Both the position numbers and the translations under genes were made by a program. DNA of 63,389 nt, counting the filler, from Choristocarpus tenellus KU-1152 (taxonomy: Eukaryota; Protista; Phaeophyceae), in the NCBI GenBank assembly GCA_964200185.2. It is 9 parts of 9 records of this genome, joined end to end, with 100 filler letters (N's around TTAATTAATTAA, not from the genome) between each part and the next. Parts side by side here need not be neighbours in the genome. Positions count along the whole stretch, not along the records: positions 1 to 14,849 come from CAXNAD020001107.1; positions 14,950 to 18,368 come from CAXNAD020020162.1; positions 18,469 to 23,540 come from CAXNAD020011972.1; positions 23,641 to 37,169 come from CAXNAD020001457.1; 5 more parts are not named here. One strand, given 5' to 3'. Positions 13,832-25,410 of the stretch are shown piece by piece. The stretch's first letter is position 1. Each line of letters starts with the position of its first letter. Under the pieces are notes generated by a model. The model did no database searches. It had not been told where the DNA came from and saw only the letters and a list, made by a program, of their open reading frames with translations.

Positions 13832-14849
13832 GTAAGTGAGACCCCACTGTTTGATGTGGCCTCTTCAACCTGTACTCTAAATGGCGGGGACAAGACAGGG
13901 GACTTGTGGGACATGTTTTCATTTCAAGGTCTCATATTTTATGTTTTTAATCTACCTGTCCATGTCCTGTCTCACTGTCCATAGAGGACTAATGTACCTG
14001 TCCCCAAGGATTCCTTGGTCGACATGTGTCACTGTGGAAGGTTTCGAGAAGTGCATTCAATACCGACACTTCTGGAGTGCCGTGCCCTCTCATGAATCAC
14101 GGCGGTCTTTGTTATGGGCCAGGTTTTGATTTGCTTGGGGTTGTCCTCTCTGTTCCACAGCCTCTTTTGCTTCTTCTCTGCTTTCCCATGCTAAACATAC
14201 CAAGTCCCCTGCAGTTGTCCATAGCTGCTCTCCACATACCACAGTGGCGGACGTGTACCTGTATACTACTACTATCTCCTTTGAGATAGATTCAATCCGT
14301 CTGTGATCCAGCACCCCTGCTGTACCTTTACCTGCCCTAGAGTGCATACAGAGGTTTCTCGTGTTGCTTCCCCTCCACCTTACCTTGTACTGGACAGCCC
14401 TGCAGAACCCACCCTCTTTGCATCCTCTGGATGTGTGCCAACACCTTTTACGCGATCCATCTCAAGTCACAAGATGGTGTCCTTACACTAGCCCCATCCC
14501 TAACCTCAACCAATGATTAAAACCTAAACCCAACTCTAAACCTATCCCTTTCGCATCATGAACACCCTAACCCTAGCCTGGAAGCCAGAGGTAAACACAA
14601 CACTACATCCCAATCCCTCAAACTGATGCCAAGACTTAGCCACTTCTCCTACCATTTAGAGTTCCTCCACTCCCGAATGTAGGTCTGGCAAGCTGGTGCT
14701 TCAACATTGGCATCCTGAGGGATTCTATATTCCCCTGTTCCTTCCCCACCGCCCTCTATTCATATGCACACTATTTTACTGTCATCACCCCCACCCCCCC
14801 TGTTTTGCCCTTTGTGACTAAAGGTAGGGTGCTCTAGCGGGGGTGACAT

Positions 14850-14949
14850 NNNNNNNNNNNNNNNNNNNNNNNNNNNNNNNNNNNNNNNNNNNNTTAATTA
14901 ATTAANNNNNNNNNNNNNNNNNNNNNNNNNNNNNNNNNNNNNNNNNNNN
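14850..14949. other. Artificial contig linker (Ns-TTAATTAATTAA-Ns). Identical linkers at 18369-18468, 23541-23640, 37170-37269, 41354-41453, 44486-44585, 47502-47601, 56735-56834
   Basis: Identical 100-nt spacer, with stop codons in all six frames, occurring eight times. Confidence 0.97.
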
Positions 14950-15315
14950 TAGAGGTAATATGCTACTGGGGGAGGTATGGTGGAGGGTATGTTTTTGCGT
15001 TGGTATCACTTGAGGATGGGTGTGTGGAGGGGGGGGGTGTAGACGGATAATGTGCGTATTTTGGGGGCATATTCGCGATTTGGTGCATGGACAGTGAGGG
15101 GAAGCACTGTCTTGTTGTGCAAACTCAGGTCATAAAATATATGCTTGCCCTCGCGCACGAACTACTTCTACTTATTTTAGTGGTGAAAGAACCTCTGGCA
15201 ATTTCCTGTTTTGTTGTGTGTAGTAAGATCGGAGAATAGCTTTTGTTGTTCAAGCGCTTTACATCATCATTGCAAGACTAGCAATGTAATCCATTCATTC
15301 ATGGGTTGTTCACAG

Positions 15316-15829
15316 TGGGAATTCCTTATGTTGGCAGGGGCAGGAACTGCCATGTGGAGGGGAAAACGATGGTTCCTGTGGTGAACTTTAAGGACTGGTC
15401 TAGAGCTGCAATACCATTGCAGCTCAACAGGTAAGACATTGTGACTCCTTCAACTAGTTCCTGATGAAGGAGGTGCAATCATCGTTTGTACCTATTCCTA
15501 CTGCCTTGTTAATGCTGGGCTAGCCACAGGTTGCTTTCTTGGCTATGTATATCCAACATCCTTCACTGCAGTATAACAAAGTGCAATATACATAAGATAA
15601 TTGTTGATCTAAGGAGAGACTCATGGTCACTAGTTAGTCAGAGAAGAAGGCAATACACTCTTGAGTATGGTGTTTTAAATTGAATCATTTTCATGTGGAG
15701 GCGACCAACTAGTGATTTACTATCATTATTATTATCGTATTATTATTATGCCCACTTGACATTTTGCACGTGTGTCCAGGAATGGACAAGACAACGATCA
15801 AAAGGTGTCAAGAAATTACAAGAACATCC
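15316..15829 (+). CDS. Two candidate internal exons of an unidentified gene
   Basis: AG/GT-bounded, phase-compatible segments 15316-15430 and 15780-15829 (GIPYVGRGRNCHVEGKTMVPVVNFKDW...RNGQDNDQKVSRNYKNI). No recognisable domain. Confidence 0.3.
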
Positions 15830-16712
15830 GTATGTATGTATTATGTTTCGTCCTTTCCAGTATACAGTAATCCCTTCTTGAAATCTGTCCTACAACAATG
15901 TCACTAAATGTATTTGTGGTAATATTGTTCCCTACGAAAATATGTTCACATTGCTTGTCCTCTAGCCTTGCTATGATCGTGACAGCGACAGTGTTTACAC
16001 TTGGTAAAAAGACGTCTTCTGAAAAGATGAATCAGAGTGGTCGCCATCGGGTTCTTTATGAAGAGTAGGCCATATTAGACATTTCAATGCCAGCAATCAA
16101 GCAAAGATGTCGTGCGGGTCAGAATAATGGAGAAGCCTTCCGTATAGTGTTTGATACAATATGATAGGCCAACAAGACTGTACAGCGTATCGACAGCAAT
16201 TTCTACAATACCACTTCATCCCTCCATCACTTATGAAACCTTTTCTTTAGCGAGTACTCTCACATCATCACGGTTGGTCTAAAAACATGCTAGTGTGAGA
16301 GCCATCTTCCACAGAAGGTATACCCTGAAAATGACCTATCTTGAACACCATGATATTCATATGACAATTGTTTTTGCATGTTGAAGGTAACATCTGCTTG
16401 AAATAAGATAGGGTGGTTTGGAGTGACCTTACCAAAGCCCCCTGGTTCACTTTTCAACTTGTTCACTCTTTTCCTGAGTGATCTTCTGAGGGATTGCTCT
16501 CCCTCTTTGACTTTGTCTCTCTTTGATCTTTCCTCTTGTGGGTCTTCCCGCTCCCCTTCATTACGAAGAACCTGTCGGCTTGTTTCCACCTATTTCACAG
16601 TGGCAATGACGGCAATCGTTTTGAAGTGGGAGAGTACTTTAACAGTACTTTTGGGGGAAACTCTGAGTACATTGCCTGTACCTTGAACAACACATATGCC
16701 ACATCCGTCTGA

Positions 16713-18220
16713 TTGGCATACAGTTTGATCAAGGAGACGATGGAGTACGTTCCAGACAACCTCAAACCGTTTCCAGAGCTTCATGGCGAAGAATTCAAGG
16801 AAAATGAACCAGATGAACATCTACTACCGCCATTACACGACCAAGACCCTTTATCATTTGATGAGGTCATCTTAGAGGATGGAAGAAAACGTTTACTCCA
16901 TAAATCCTCTGGGATTTTTTTAGACACCGAATTCCGAGTGGTGGATCAGCGGGTGATTCAACAGCTTATGTCGGCAGATAATCACCCCATGAATCCATCT
17001 CCCTTACCGCCAACCCTGCCTGTTTCTCAGTCTGCGCATGTACCCAGCACAAGGTCTCTCACAACACCGCCAGCACCACCATCTACTCCGTCGGTGACGT
17101 CGTCTACTGGAGACCTGTGCATAAATTTGATCAATGACGAGTTAAAGGCTGCAGTGGAGGAGAAGCGCCCACCAAACATGGACATCATCCGGAACTTGAC
17201 AGAGATGAGGGACATGACTGATGTAAGGCAATCCCCTCAAAGTGCCCCCATTACTGCTTTGCCGAAAATATCATTAGCCAATTTTCCTAAAGATATGCGT
17301 CTGCCTTCGACAACAACTGATGTATCAACTCTTTTAACAAGTTTCCGTATGCATGTCACACTTCAACTTCATGAATCGCAACGTGACCAGTCAACCATTG
17401 ATAGGGCGTGCATGGCCTATTTACCTTTGATTTTAGATACAAAGTCAATATGCTATATTCGCAGAGTATGGAAGGCAAAGTTGAATGGCGCTCACCTGCC
17501 CAATTACGTGCCATTCAAATGAAGAATAACTCCACCGGTCCTGTTCCCATTGTGGCCCCTAAAACATGGGACCAATTATGTACGGTTTTTATAAACACAT
17601 TCAGTCACGTGAATGCGATGGGAGACTGGGGCAGACAGTGGGCTAATTTTTCCCCAAAACCCGATGAACCCTTGAGATTTGTTACCACAAACACTACTAT
17701 CTGTCACACTCGCTAATATGATAAGAGTATTAGGAGTACCTAGAAAATTAGCAGTCGAGACATATTGTTACATTTACTTACGAAAGAGTGTTCTGGATGG
17801 AGCTAAAACATCATCTACCAGAGAAAATGCAACTAAAGAACAGCAAAACATTTTTAAAAGTGAAAAAATAGAACGGAAATGAGATCAGTTAGTGTATCTA
17901 CAAGGTATGATGAAAATGAATCTTGAGTTAATGGACTAACGGTCAATACTTTAAATAGGCCATCAGTAGTGTCTTCACACATCACCAGGTCCATGGGAAA
18001 GAGGGAGAAAAAGAAAGAAGAAATTTGTTACCACACCAGGTCCAGCCAATCCAAACATCACTCATCAAGCATCAAACACAGAATGTAGAACAAAGGAAAG
18101 AAAGAGACACAAAAATGATTAACCCCCAGAAGAAAGACAATGAGTAAGTATCAATCAGCAGACAGTGGTGAGTGTGTATGTGCTGTGGTTAGTTTGGGCA
18201 GCCTTAGGTACTGTCCTTGA
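16713..18220 (+). mobile_element. Decayed LTR-retrotransposon gag-like region
   Basis: An intronless 269-aa ORF continues by frameshift into KTWDQLCTVFINTFS..FSPKPDEPL (gag W-x2-L-x3-F-x3-F motif). A degenerate CCHC-like knuckle (CMCCG*FGQ...YCP) lies near 18175-18217. Confidence 0.55.
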
Positions 18221-18468
18221 GTGAAATACATCATCATCACCTATCACGGTTTCCTTGGAATGCCACTTCTACCATAAATGGCTCTTTGTGTGGTCAACCA
18301 TGCACTCGTAGTACCTGTGTTGGCTTGTCCTTGTTCTCCTTCCCTCAAGACCCAAAGTATCTGGGGGGNNNNNNNNNNNNNNNNNNNNNNNNNNNNNNNN
18401 NNNNNNNNNNNNTTAATTAATTAANNNNNNNNNNNNNNNNNNNNNNNNNNNNNNNNNNNNNNNNNNNN

Positions 18469-18522
18469 TTGGATTTTGGTCCCCAAATAGACGCGGCTCT
18501 ACCCTCTAAGATACTTTGGCTC
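18469..18522. mobile_element. MITE family 1, one terminus (truncated by linker)
   Basis: TTTTGGTCCCCAAATAGACGCGGCTCTACCCTCTAAGATACTTTGGCTC matches the family 1 end. Confidence 0.8.
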
Positions 18523-18899
18523 TGTACTCAACATATACCACCTGTGTGGTATCCTTTCGTATGTACCCCAAGAGGTTTACCTCAAGACCTGAACAGGTGC
18601 TTCACAATTAGACAACCATCAAATCCTTGATCGCTCATCCAACTCACAAAGAAATATATACATGATATACTTGGAACACCTACAACAATACTCTACTAGC
18701 TATTTGAATGAAACACATTATGTGTTGTTTGGGTGAGGGGCTTTGTCAACAGTATTTGTGCAATCAACACCGAGCATTCATTCACCCCCACCCACATATA
18801 TCTTCTCCCTTCCATCACATGGAGTACAGCAGAGTGAGTGGTACAAACAATGACATGAACATGGTCACTTGATAGAGAAGACTTGCCCTCAAGTATGAT

Positions 18900-19260
18900 T
18901 GACTCAAATTTTGTTGCTGTTGGGGTCTTGTACGGTCTCTTGGTGTATATTGTGAGTGACTCGTACTATCTACACACCATACATGAATGATCCACATGTC
19001 ATGTGCTTGGGAGAGTATTCACCACAGCATTTGATGGTCATACCAAGTCTATCCACTATGGTAGAGGACTGCATAATTCGAGACAGGTTGTATCATTCAG
19101 CACTCATCTTGAGGTTGGTCTATTGGTAGTACCACAGTGTCATCTGACTGCTGTCCTTGTTTTTCATTGAGCACAGGACCCCGCATGCTCATCAACAAAT
19201 GGGACTAACACCAACCAGACTGAAACAAGAGCTGCACTAGATTGACATATGGAAATACCC
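18900..19260 (-). mobile_element. Highly degraded Ty3/gypsy-like reverse transcriptase remnant
   Basis: The minus strand reads VQLLFQSG..., then VLCSMKNKDSSQMTLWYYQ*TNLK. This resembles the gypsy RT stretch V.V.KKDGS.RLC.DYR.LN, with many stops and frameshifts. Confidence 0.35.
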
Positions 19261-19596
19261 CCCCTACTCTACTTGCAAGTCAACTTCCACAAGGAGAAAA
19301 ATTTGTACGCAGGGTTGGCCTGGATCACTACCACCTCAAGGAACGCACCGTCACAACAACTCTGACTCATTCATTTCGTGGATTCAGTGTTCCGTTTACA
19401 AACCTCACACCCACACCCACTGATGGGGTATTTGTTTCTAGAAATCATCTACTACGAATAATACTAGGTACTACAATATTTCGAGGTATATGGTGAATAT
19501 GTCTCTACCGAACATCCCTGTCTTCAAACCATTCACTGATAGTGACTGCAATATATGTAAACTACCCTACATATACATATTGTATTCCCACATTTT

Positions 19597-19761
19597 GGCT
19601 CAAAGTATCTAGGTGTGTGTGGCGGCTGTCCATTTGGGGTACATTTTCTTATGTCGCAAATTTTGGGTGCTTTGGTTGCATATTTTGGATGCATATTGTA
19701 AATGCACTTTTCCTGATTTTGGTCCAAGTGGACACCCTGGTGTAGACCCCCCCCCCCCCTC
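19597..19761. mobile_element. MITE family 2 copy (one intact TIR)
   Basis: Begins GGCTCAAAGTATCT. The internal sequence is the reverse complement of 5870-6000 and it ends in a C-run. Confidence 0.75.
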
Positions 19762-20159
19762 ATTATTGTTTTGTGTGATGGGCATATTGTCTGGGGCTTT
19801 TGTTGTCCAATGATGGTTTGTTTGCAGGCAAGAGGCTGGCAGTAGGTAGGTCCTCATTGCAAAGAAGATTGTGAACGGATTGTGAACCGACTTTTTTTTT
19901 GCCCACCATTTTTTTTTTCCTCTGCTGGCTGTTCGCCATCCTAGTAGTTTGTTTTAATCCGTATTTAATATAAACCATCCGTACAGAGTTTTTTATTTTA
20001 ATTCTCTTTTGTTGATTTGTTGCAGGCGGGTTTGGGCGAAATGTTTTTTAATTTTTTTCCATTTTTTTCTTATATATTTTTTCTACTTTTCTATGTTTTG
20101 TGTTCGGTTTAATTTGTTGTATTTAGTCTGCTGTCCATTTTCTTTTTTTTTGTGGACAG

Positions 20160-21496
20160 GGAGAGGAAGGAAGAAAATTCAGGAGCTGGTCCTCCACGAG
20201 CTTTGGAGAGAGATGATCAGACAGATGCGATCTATGGGGGTCAGTGATACCCACGGTTGATTTTAAATGTTTACATTCTTATTTTTATAAGCCTGTACAT
20301 GTAACAAAACTAAATCCCTAGGAAGTCCTAGCAAGGTTCTATGATGACCTGCCAGCACGTGTTCCTTTTGAAAGAGTCACTTGTGTTTCTATTTGCTCAT
20401 ATGTATGTGTACGTATGAATGTATGCATGCATGTGTATATATTTATACGTATGAATGTATGTATGAATGTGTATATATATGTGTGTGTAGGTATATGTAT
20501 ACACTTATATGTATGTATGCATTATGTATGTGTCGAGTTTAGATGACTTCAACGTCCCTGAAAATACGACATCTCTGCTGCCGATTGTAATGTTGTGACG
20601 TGATTAATATTGTAATGTCATTAATGTTGTGTTGTGATCAATGTTATGATATGCTCTCTCGTTGTGTGTTTTGTGCCCTGACCCCTACATAACCCCTCCT
20701 CCAATTTTTTTTTTGTTTCTCTGGTTAAGCAAAAGCGATTCAATCTAAACACCAAAATCCGCCCTGTATATATATTTTTAGGTACTCCTCGGTATGTATG
20801 ATGTATAATAAAAATATTTGTAGGACTAAAAAGCCTTTTTTTTAGTAGACGGTTGTAACTGTTGTCGATTGGATAAGATGCCCCCCAAACGGCCACATCA
20901 GCCGTGGAAAAACAATACAAAAACCAAACAACATAAAATATAAAAATGTTTTGAAGAAAAAGCTCTACCCAACAACTACACCACCAGGCGATAATAAATT
21001 AAAATAAAGAACACGGTAATTTGCTACATGCACTTAACCTGCCTGCCTCCCTCCCTGCCTGCCTGTCTACCTGACTGACTGACTGACTGACTGACTGACT
21101 AACTGACTGACTGACTGCCTATGTACCTGCTTGACTATCCTGGGCATTGATATTCTGTAGTCCAAGTCCTAAGCCCTAAGCCTAACCCCGATTGCAAAAT
21201 TAGTCTGTTTTTTGTCTTCATGTGTTCTGCGCGTGTGTCATCCCTCAATTGTGTTTGTTGTCGTTTTCTTACTCACCACCCTATCTCTCTCTCTCTCTCC
21301 CTGTTTGTTGGTCATACATCACAAGTATGATCACACGTATACCCTGGAGGATGAGGAGGATAGGCTGGACTCGCTGGCAGATGGATTGTGGAGAGAGGCT
21401 TTCATGCATAGTTCTGATGGCATTACTGAGGAGCATGTTAGGACCCTGGCCATAAATGTGTACTCTGAACATGAGGACATGATGAACGTCCCTCAG
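20160..21496 (+). CDS. CBP3/UQCC1-like cytochrome bc1 assembly chaperone, internal exons
   Basis: Exons 20160-20239 (KKIQELVLHELWREMIRQMRSMG) and 21326-21496 (YDHTYTLEDEEDRLDSLADGLWREAF...HVRTLAINVYSEH) match the family pattern (W.D...R.R..GV ... YD......LA..LWR..F ... LA.YV). The linking exon near 20290-20360 looks frameshifted. Confidence 0.6.
20400..20531. repeat. (TATG)n-type microsatellite
   Basis: Degenerate TATG/TGTA array. Confidence 0.85.
21038..21135. repeat. (CCTG)n/(ACTG)n compound microsatellite
   Basis: Directly visible tetranucleotide arrays. Confidence 0.9.
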
Positions 21497-21846
21497 GTGG
21501 GGAGATGGAAATGGTAATAGAAGGCAGCGGGTGGGGGGGGGGGGGGGGGAGGCAGGGGGGGGAGGGGGAGAGCGAGTGGGGGGGNNNNNNNNNNGGAAAG
21601 GGTAAGAGAAGGCAGCGGGGGGGGGTGGAGGTTAGGAGGGGGGCGTTAGTTAAAAAAAAAATGGTATGTTTTCTCCGTGTGTGATAAGAATGTTTTGGAA
21701 TATTTTGAGGAGAAGTATTTTTTTTGTGCTGTACTTCCTGCAGATTTTTTTTATCATTATGTATTCTCTTCCCCCCCCCTCAAAAAAGCAAAAGAAGCAA
21801 ACGTGAGCTTTTTGAGTGGATATTTTTTTTATAACAAGGGATAAAT

Positions 21847-22108
21847 GGGCCAAAGTATCTTAGACGGTAGAGCCGCGTCCATTTTGGGGTCAAAAGCCAA
21901 TGTTGCGATTTTGATGTAATTTTGGCTATCGTGCTAGTTAGGAAGTGTCGATAATCATGTTCCGGACACACCTTTTCATAACTTACACAACTTGCGTACT
22001 CCTAAACATTGTGGAGTAGGAAAATGCCACAAAAGAACCCATGGGAACCCAAGCTCCAAATAATGGACAAAAAAAGCAAAACTCGTACACTCTAAGATAC
22101 CTTTACTC
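21847..22108. mobile_element. MITE family 1 copy (inverted relative to 7525)
   Basis: GGGCCAAAGTATCTTAGACGGTA...TACACTCTAAGATACCTTTACTC, flanked by AAAT direct repeats. Confidence 0.85.
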
Positions 22109-22399
22109 AAATTTATTGTGTTGGAGTTTTACAAAGGATGTGTGTGATGGTGGTGTGAAACTGTGTAAAAAAAGGTGTACCCTATTTTTGGAGCGAAAGG
22201 GTCCTTCGGAAGATTTTTTTTACTTCTGGATAAAAAGAAGGTGAGAACATGATTACTTTTTCAAGATTTGTATTTTGAATTGTAGTACATACAGCGAGGA
22301 TGCAGATAAAAAATAAAGTATTTGACTTGTTTGTAGTGAACCATTTCCTTCAATTTTTTTCGAACTTTTTTTTTCTTGTTTATAGAGTATTTTTGTTTT

Positions 22400-22575
22400 T
22401 TACTTGTTAGTAGTCTACTGTTTTTTTTACTGATTAATAGTCTACTGTTTTTATTTATTTATTAATAGTGTACTGTTTTTTTACTTACTAATAGTGCACC
22501 GTTGTTTTTTACTTGTTAATAGGCTACTGTTTTTTTGGTATTATACTTAGTAATAGAATACTGTTTTATTTGTTT
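22400..22575. repeat. AT-rich minisatellite, ~28-32 bp unit, about 6 copies
   Basis: Repeated TTAATAGT(C/G)TACTGTTTTTTTAC-like units. Confidence 0.75.
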
Positions 22576-23439
22576 TTTTCATTGTTCGGAGGAAGTAAGA
22601 ATGAGAAAAAGCACGGCCTGATCAAGGTCTTTTTCGTTTCTTTTTCTCTCTCTCTCCGTGTAATCGCACAGAATCTTCTATTGAATCTGCTATTCTCCAC
22701 AATCTTTGTTCTCAATCCAGTACGGTTTTCATTCATCATGGTGTTTGCAGTAACAAATACTATTATATTGCAGTACCTATACATGTATTACATTTTTTTC
22801 TGTTTTTTATTATTTTTACACGTGCGTCTGTGAGGACCAGAAAAAAAGGAGATCTGACCTGATCCTGAAAAGGAAAAAAAGAAAATTCTATGTGTTTTAA
22901 AAAAACTGAACTTTACCTCTCATCCCTGCCCCATAACCACTACTCAATTCGGTGAAAACCCTCGAAATAAATAAATTTATACTCTATATTTATATATATT
23001 ATTATTATTTTTTGAAATATTTTGTTTTTGTTCTGCATGATGGGATGTGTTCAATACTTACTCTGTTTCTTAGTGGGAGTGAGAGGATGGGTTTTGCACA
23101 ATCATTGCAAAGTTTTTTTGGTCGTTTGTATGTTTTTCTTCATGGGTGTATGTAGTGGTTTTATTTTATCTTATGTTATTTTTGGCATTAGGGTTAGGGT
23201 ACTACTGCGTGAGGAGTATTCTTTTTGTTTTTACTATTTATTTTTATTATTTATATATATATATATATATGTGCGTATGTATTGTGGTTGGAATAATCTG
23301 TAAGATACGGAATGATAATATGTCACTGTTCTTCGTTTTGACAGTGCACTTGCCCAGTCTAATACTGCTGTTTACTTCCTTGTTATTATTATTTTATTAT
23401 TTTTATTATATTATTGATATTATTTTAATTTATATATTA

Positions 23440-23540
23440 ATTATTATGCCGTCTGACATATTGCAGATGTGTCAGGGGGAAAACCAATGAAAACTATACA
23501 TATGTCGTTATTAGCTCTAAGGAAATAAAATATCCTAAAC
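23440..23540 (-). repeat. SINE/LINE 3'-end-like repeat copy
   Basis: TATTATGCCGTCTGACATATTGCAGATGTGTCAGGGGGAAAACCAATGAAAACTATA, preceded by a (TTA)n-rich tract. Confidence 0.7.
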
Positions 23541-25410
23541 NNNNNNNNNNNNNNNNNNNNNNNNNNNNNNNNNNNNNNNNNNNNTTAATTAATTAANNNN
23601 NNNNNNNNNNNNNNNNNNNNNNNNNNNNNNNNNNNNNNNNAAGAAAAAAGAAAGAGAGAAAAGTGTAAAGCGCGAAAGGTGGGGGGGCGCACACATTGGC
23701 AAATGAATGATTGACCAACGGCAAACAGAGGATACGGAAGTGTTGTTCATGATGCCTCGTTCATCCAGCAGTTAGATCAAGCAGGTTGTTCGTGTATCTG
23801 TTGAATTCCCGGTAACATGCTTACCCGTGCTTGATACAGGGGACATGCACAGTTTCTCGCGGTGGCGGGGGGAGGAGGGGTACAACGAATGAGCAGCAAA
23901 TTGAAAAATCTGATGTTATCTTTTTTTTATGTGCTGGAATATTTTTTTTACTACAAGCTACCGTTAGATATGGTAGCCTTCTTCTCCTTCTCCCTGTTGT
24001 TCTCATGCGATGTGTTGCAAGTCCAACAACTTGCCCGAGAAAATAGATAAATGCAGATGGGTGTATCTGACATGGTGGGGGGGAGGGGAGATCGCAACAA
24101 ACGATATCTCAGGAATGACTGAGATATTCGTACAAAAAGGTCGGTCATCATATAATGTCAACTTGTATGCGCTAAGTGGAAGCTTCTTCTTCTACTTGGT
24201 GACGATAGCAATAATTGATAAACAANNNNNNNNNNCAGTCAGTCAGCCATCCATAATGACAATAGACGCCGCCCCGAAAAAAACTACTTGGAAGTACTAT
24301 TGTTTTCTACCACCTCCATAACCAACAGTCAAACGACTCCACCGACCGCACTAATTCAAGCAAGCAAGCCAATGAGGGGCATACATGTACACGACGATCA
24401 AACAAAATCATTGCCGTCCCCCACACACTGTCCTACTACCACCTTCGGGATGGATTCCCATTCATAGCAGGGCCCTTCAAAAGTGCCACAAAATTTACAA
24501 AAAAAAACATATGGGCACTTTCCGCGCACCATTTTGGGTCAAACTCATCCTCCATAAAATGCTCCATCCTCAATTTTGGTGATCTGTTACCATGTGAATG
24601 ACATGCAAGTCAATCAACAAGCCATCATAATGATTTAAAAAGGGGAATCCCATGGTCCAAACCTGAGAACTTCAGTAATTATTATTGGACAAATATGGCT
24701 CATTTCCAGGTATGACCGTGGTCCATTGTTTCCACACAATATACTGCATGGAAGAGGAGTGAGAGCAACACCTCCAATAAAACCACATCCAATGTCTGCA
24801 AGCACCTGCTCCTACTCCACTGTGCCAAATGTTGTCATGCAACTAGTGTTCAATGTATATACAAGGAACAAAAACATGTGCACAACAATTTATGCATCCA
24901 ACTTAAGCATGGTCACAAATGTAATGAATTTCTGACGATGTACATGATAGGGAGATGACAGCTCTCCAGGTGCTGGAAACCCCTGCAAGAGTGCATGAGG
25001 ACTCACAATAAATTATTATTAACTACGGGAGGCTGCAAAGTCAAGAGATACCATATGCTCATTGCTGTGCACTAGCAGTTACCAGAATAGATGATGCAGT
25101 ATATGGCTATCTGTAGACCGTACAGGAGATGTCTCAGCCTCCACAGCTCTTAACATGGGTATGTCTGCTCTCGGGTTGAGCAACTTGGCAGGTGGTCTAA
25201 AATGGAACATGCAGAAAGTCAAGGAGTAAAGGGATTTCAGTTTAGTGATTCTCCATCACCATGCCTACCTTACAGAGGTCTCTCTTATCATCCTTATTTT
25301 TTTCACTCATACACTACAAGAAACACCACCAGCACAACATCATTCTGTCAAGACTGCAACAAGTTCTCCTGTGGTGAGAACAGGAAATTGAACGTTACAG
25401 GCCTACTTAA

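Noticed and set aside
14894-14905. TTAATTAATTAA palindrome repeated eight times as a possible regulatory or recombination site
   Set aside because: It is always centred in N runs of identical total length, so it is an artificial six-frame-stop linker.
22400-22575. Regularly spaced ~30-bp repeats as a possible CRISPR array
   Set aside because: The units are contiguous and degenerate with no unique spacers, the context is eukaryotic, and there are no cas genes.
22513-23490. Hydrophobic Phe/Tyr/Ile-rich ORFs resembling membrane proteins
   Set aside because: They arise from T-rich low-complexity non-coding sequence.
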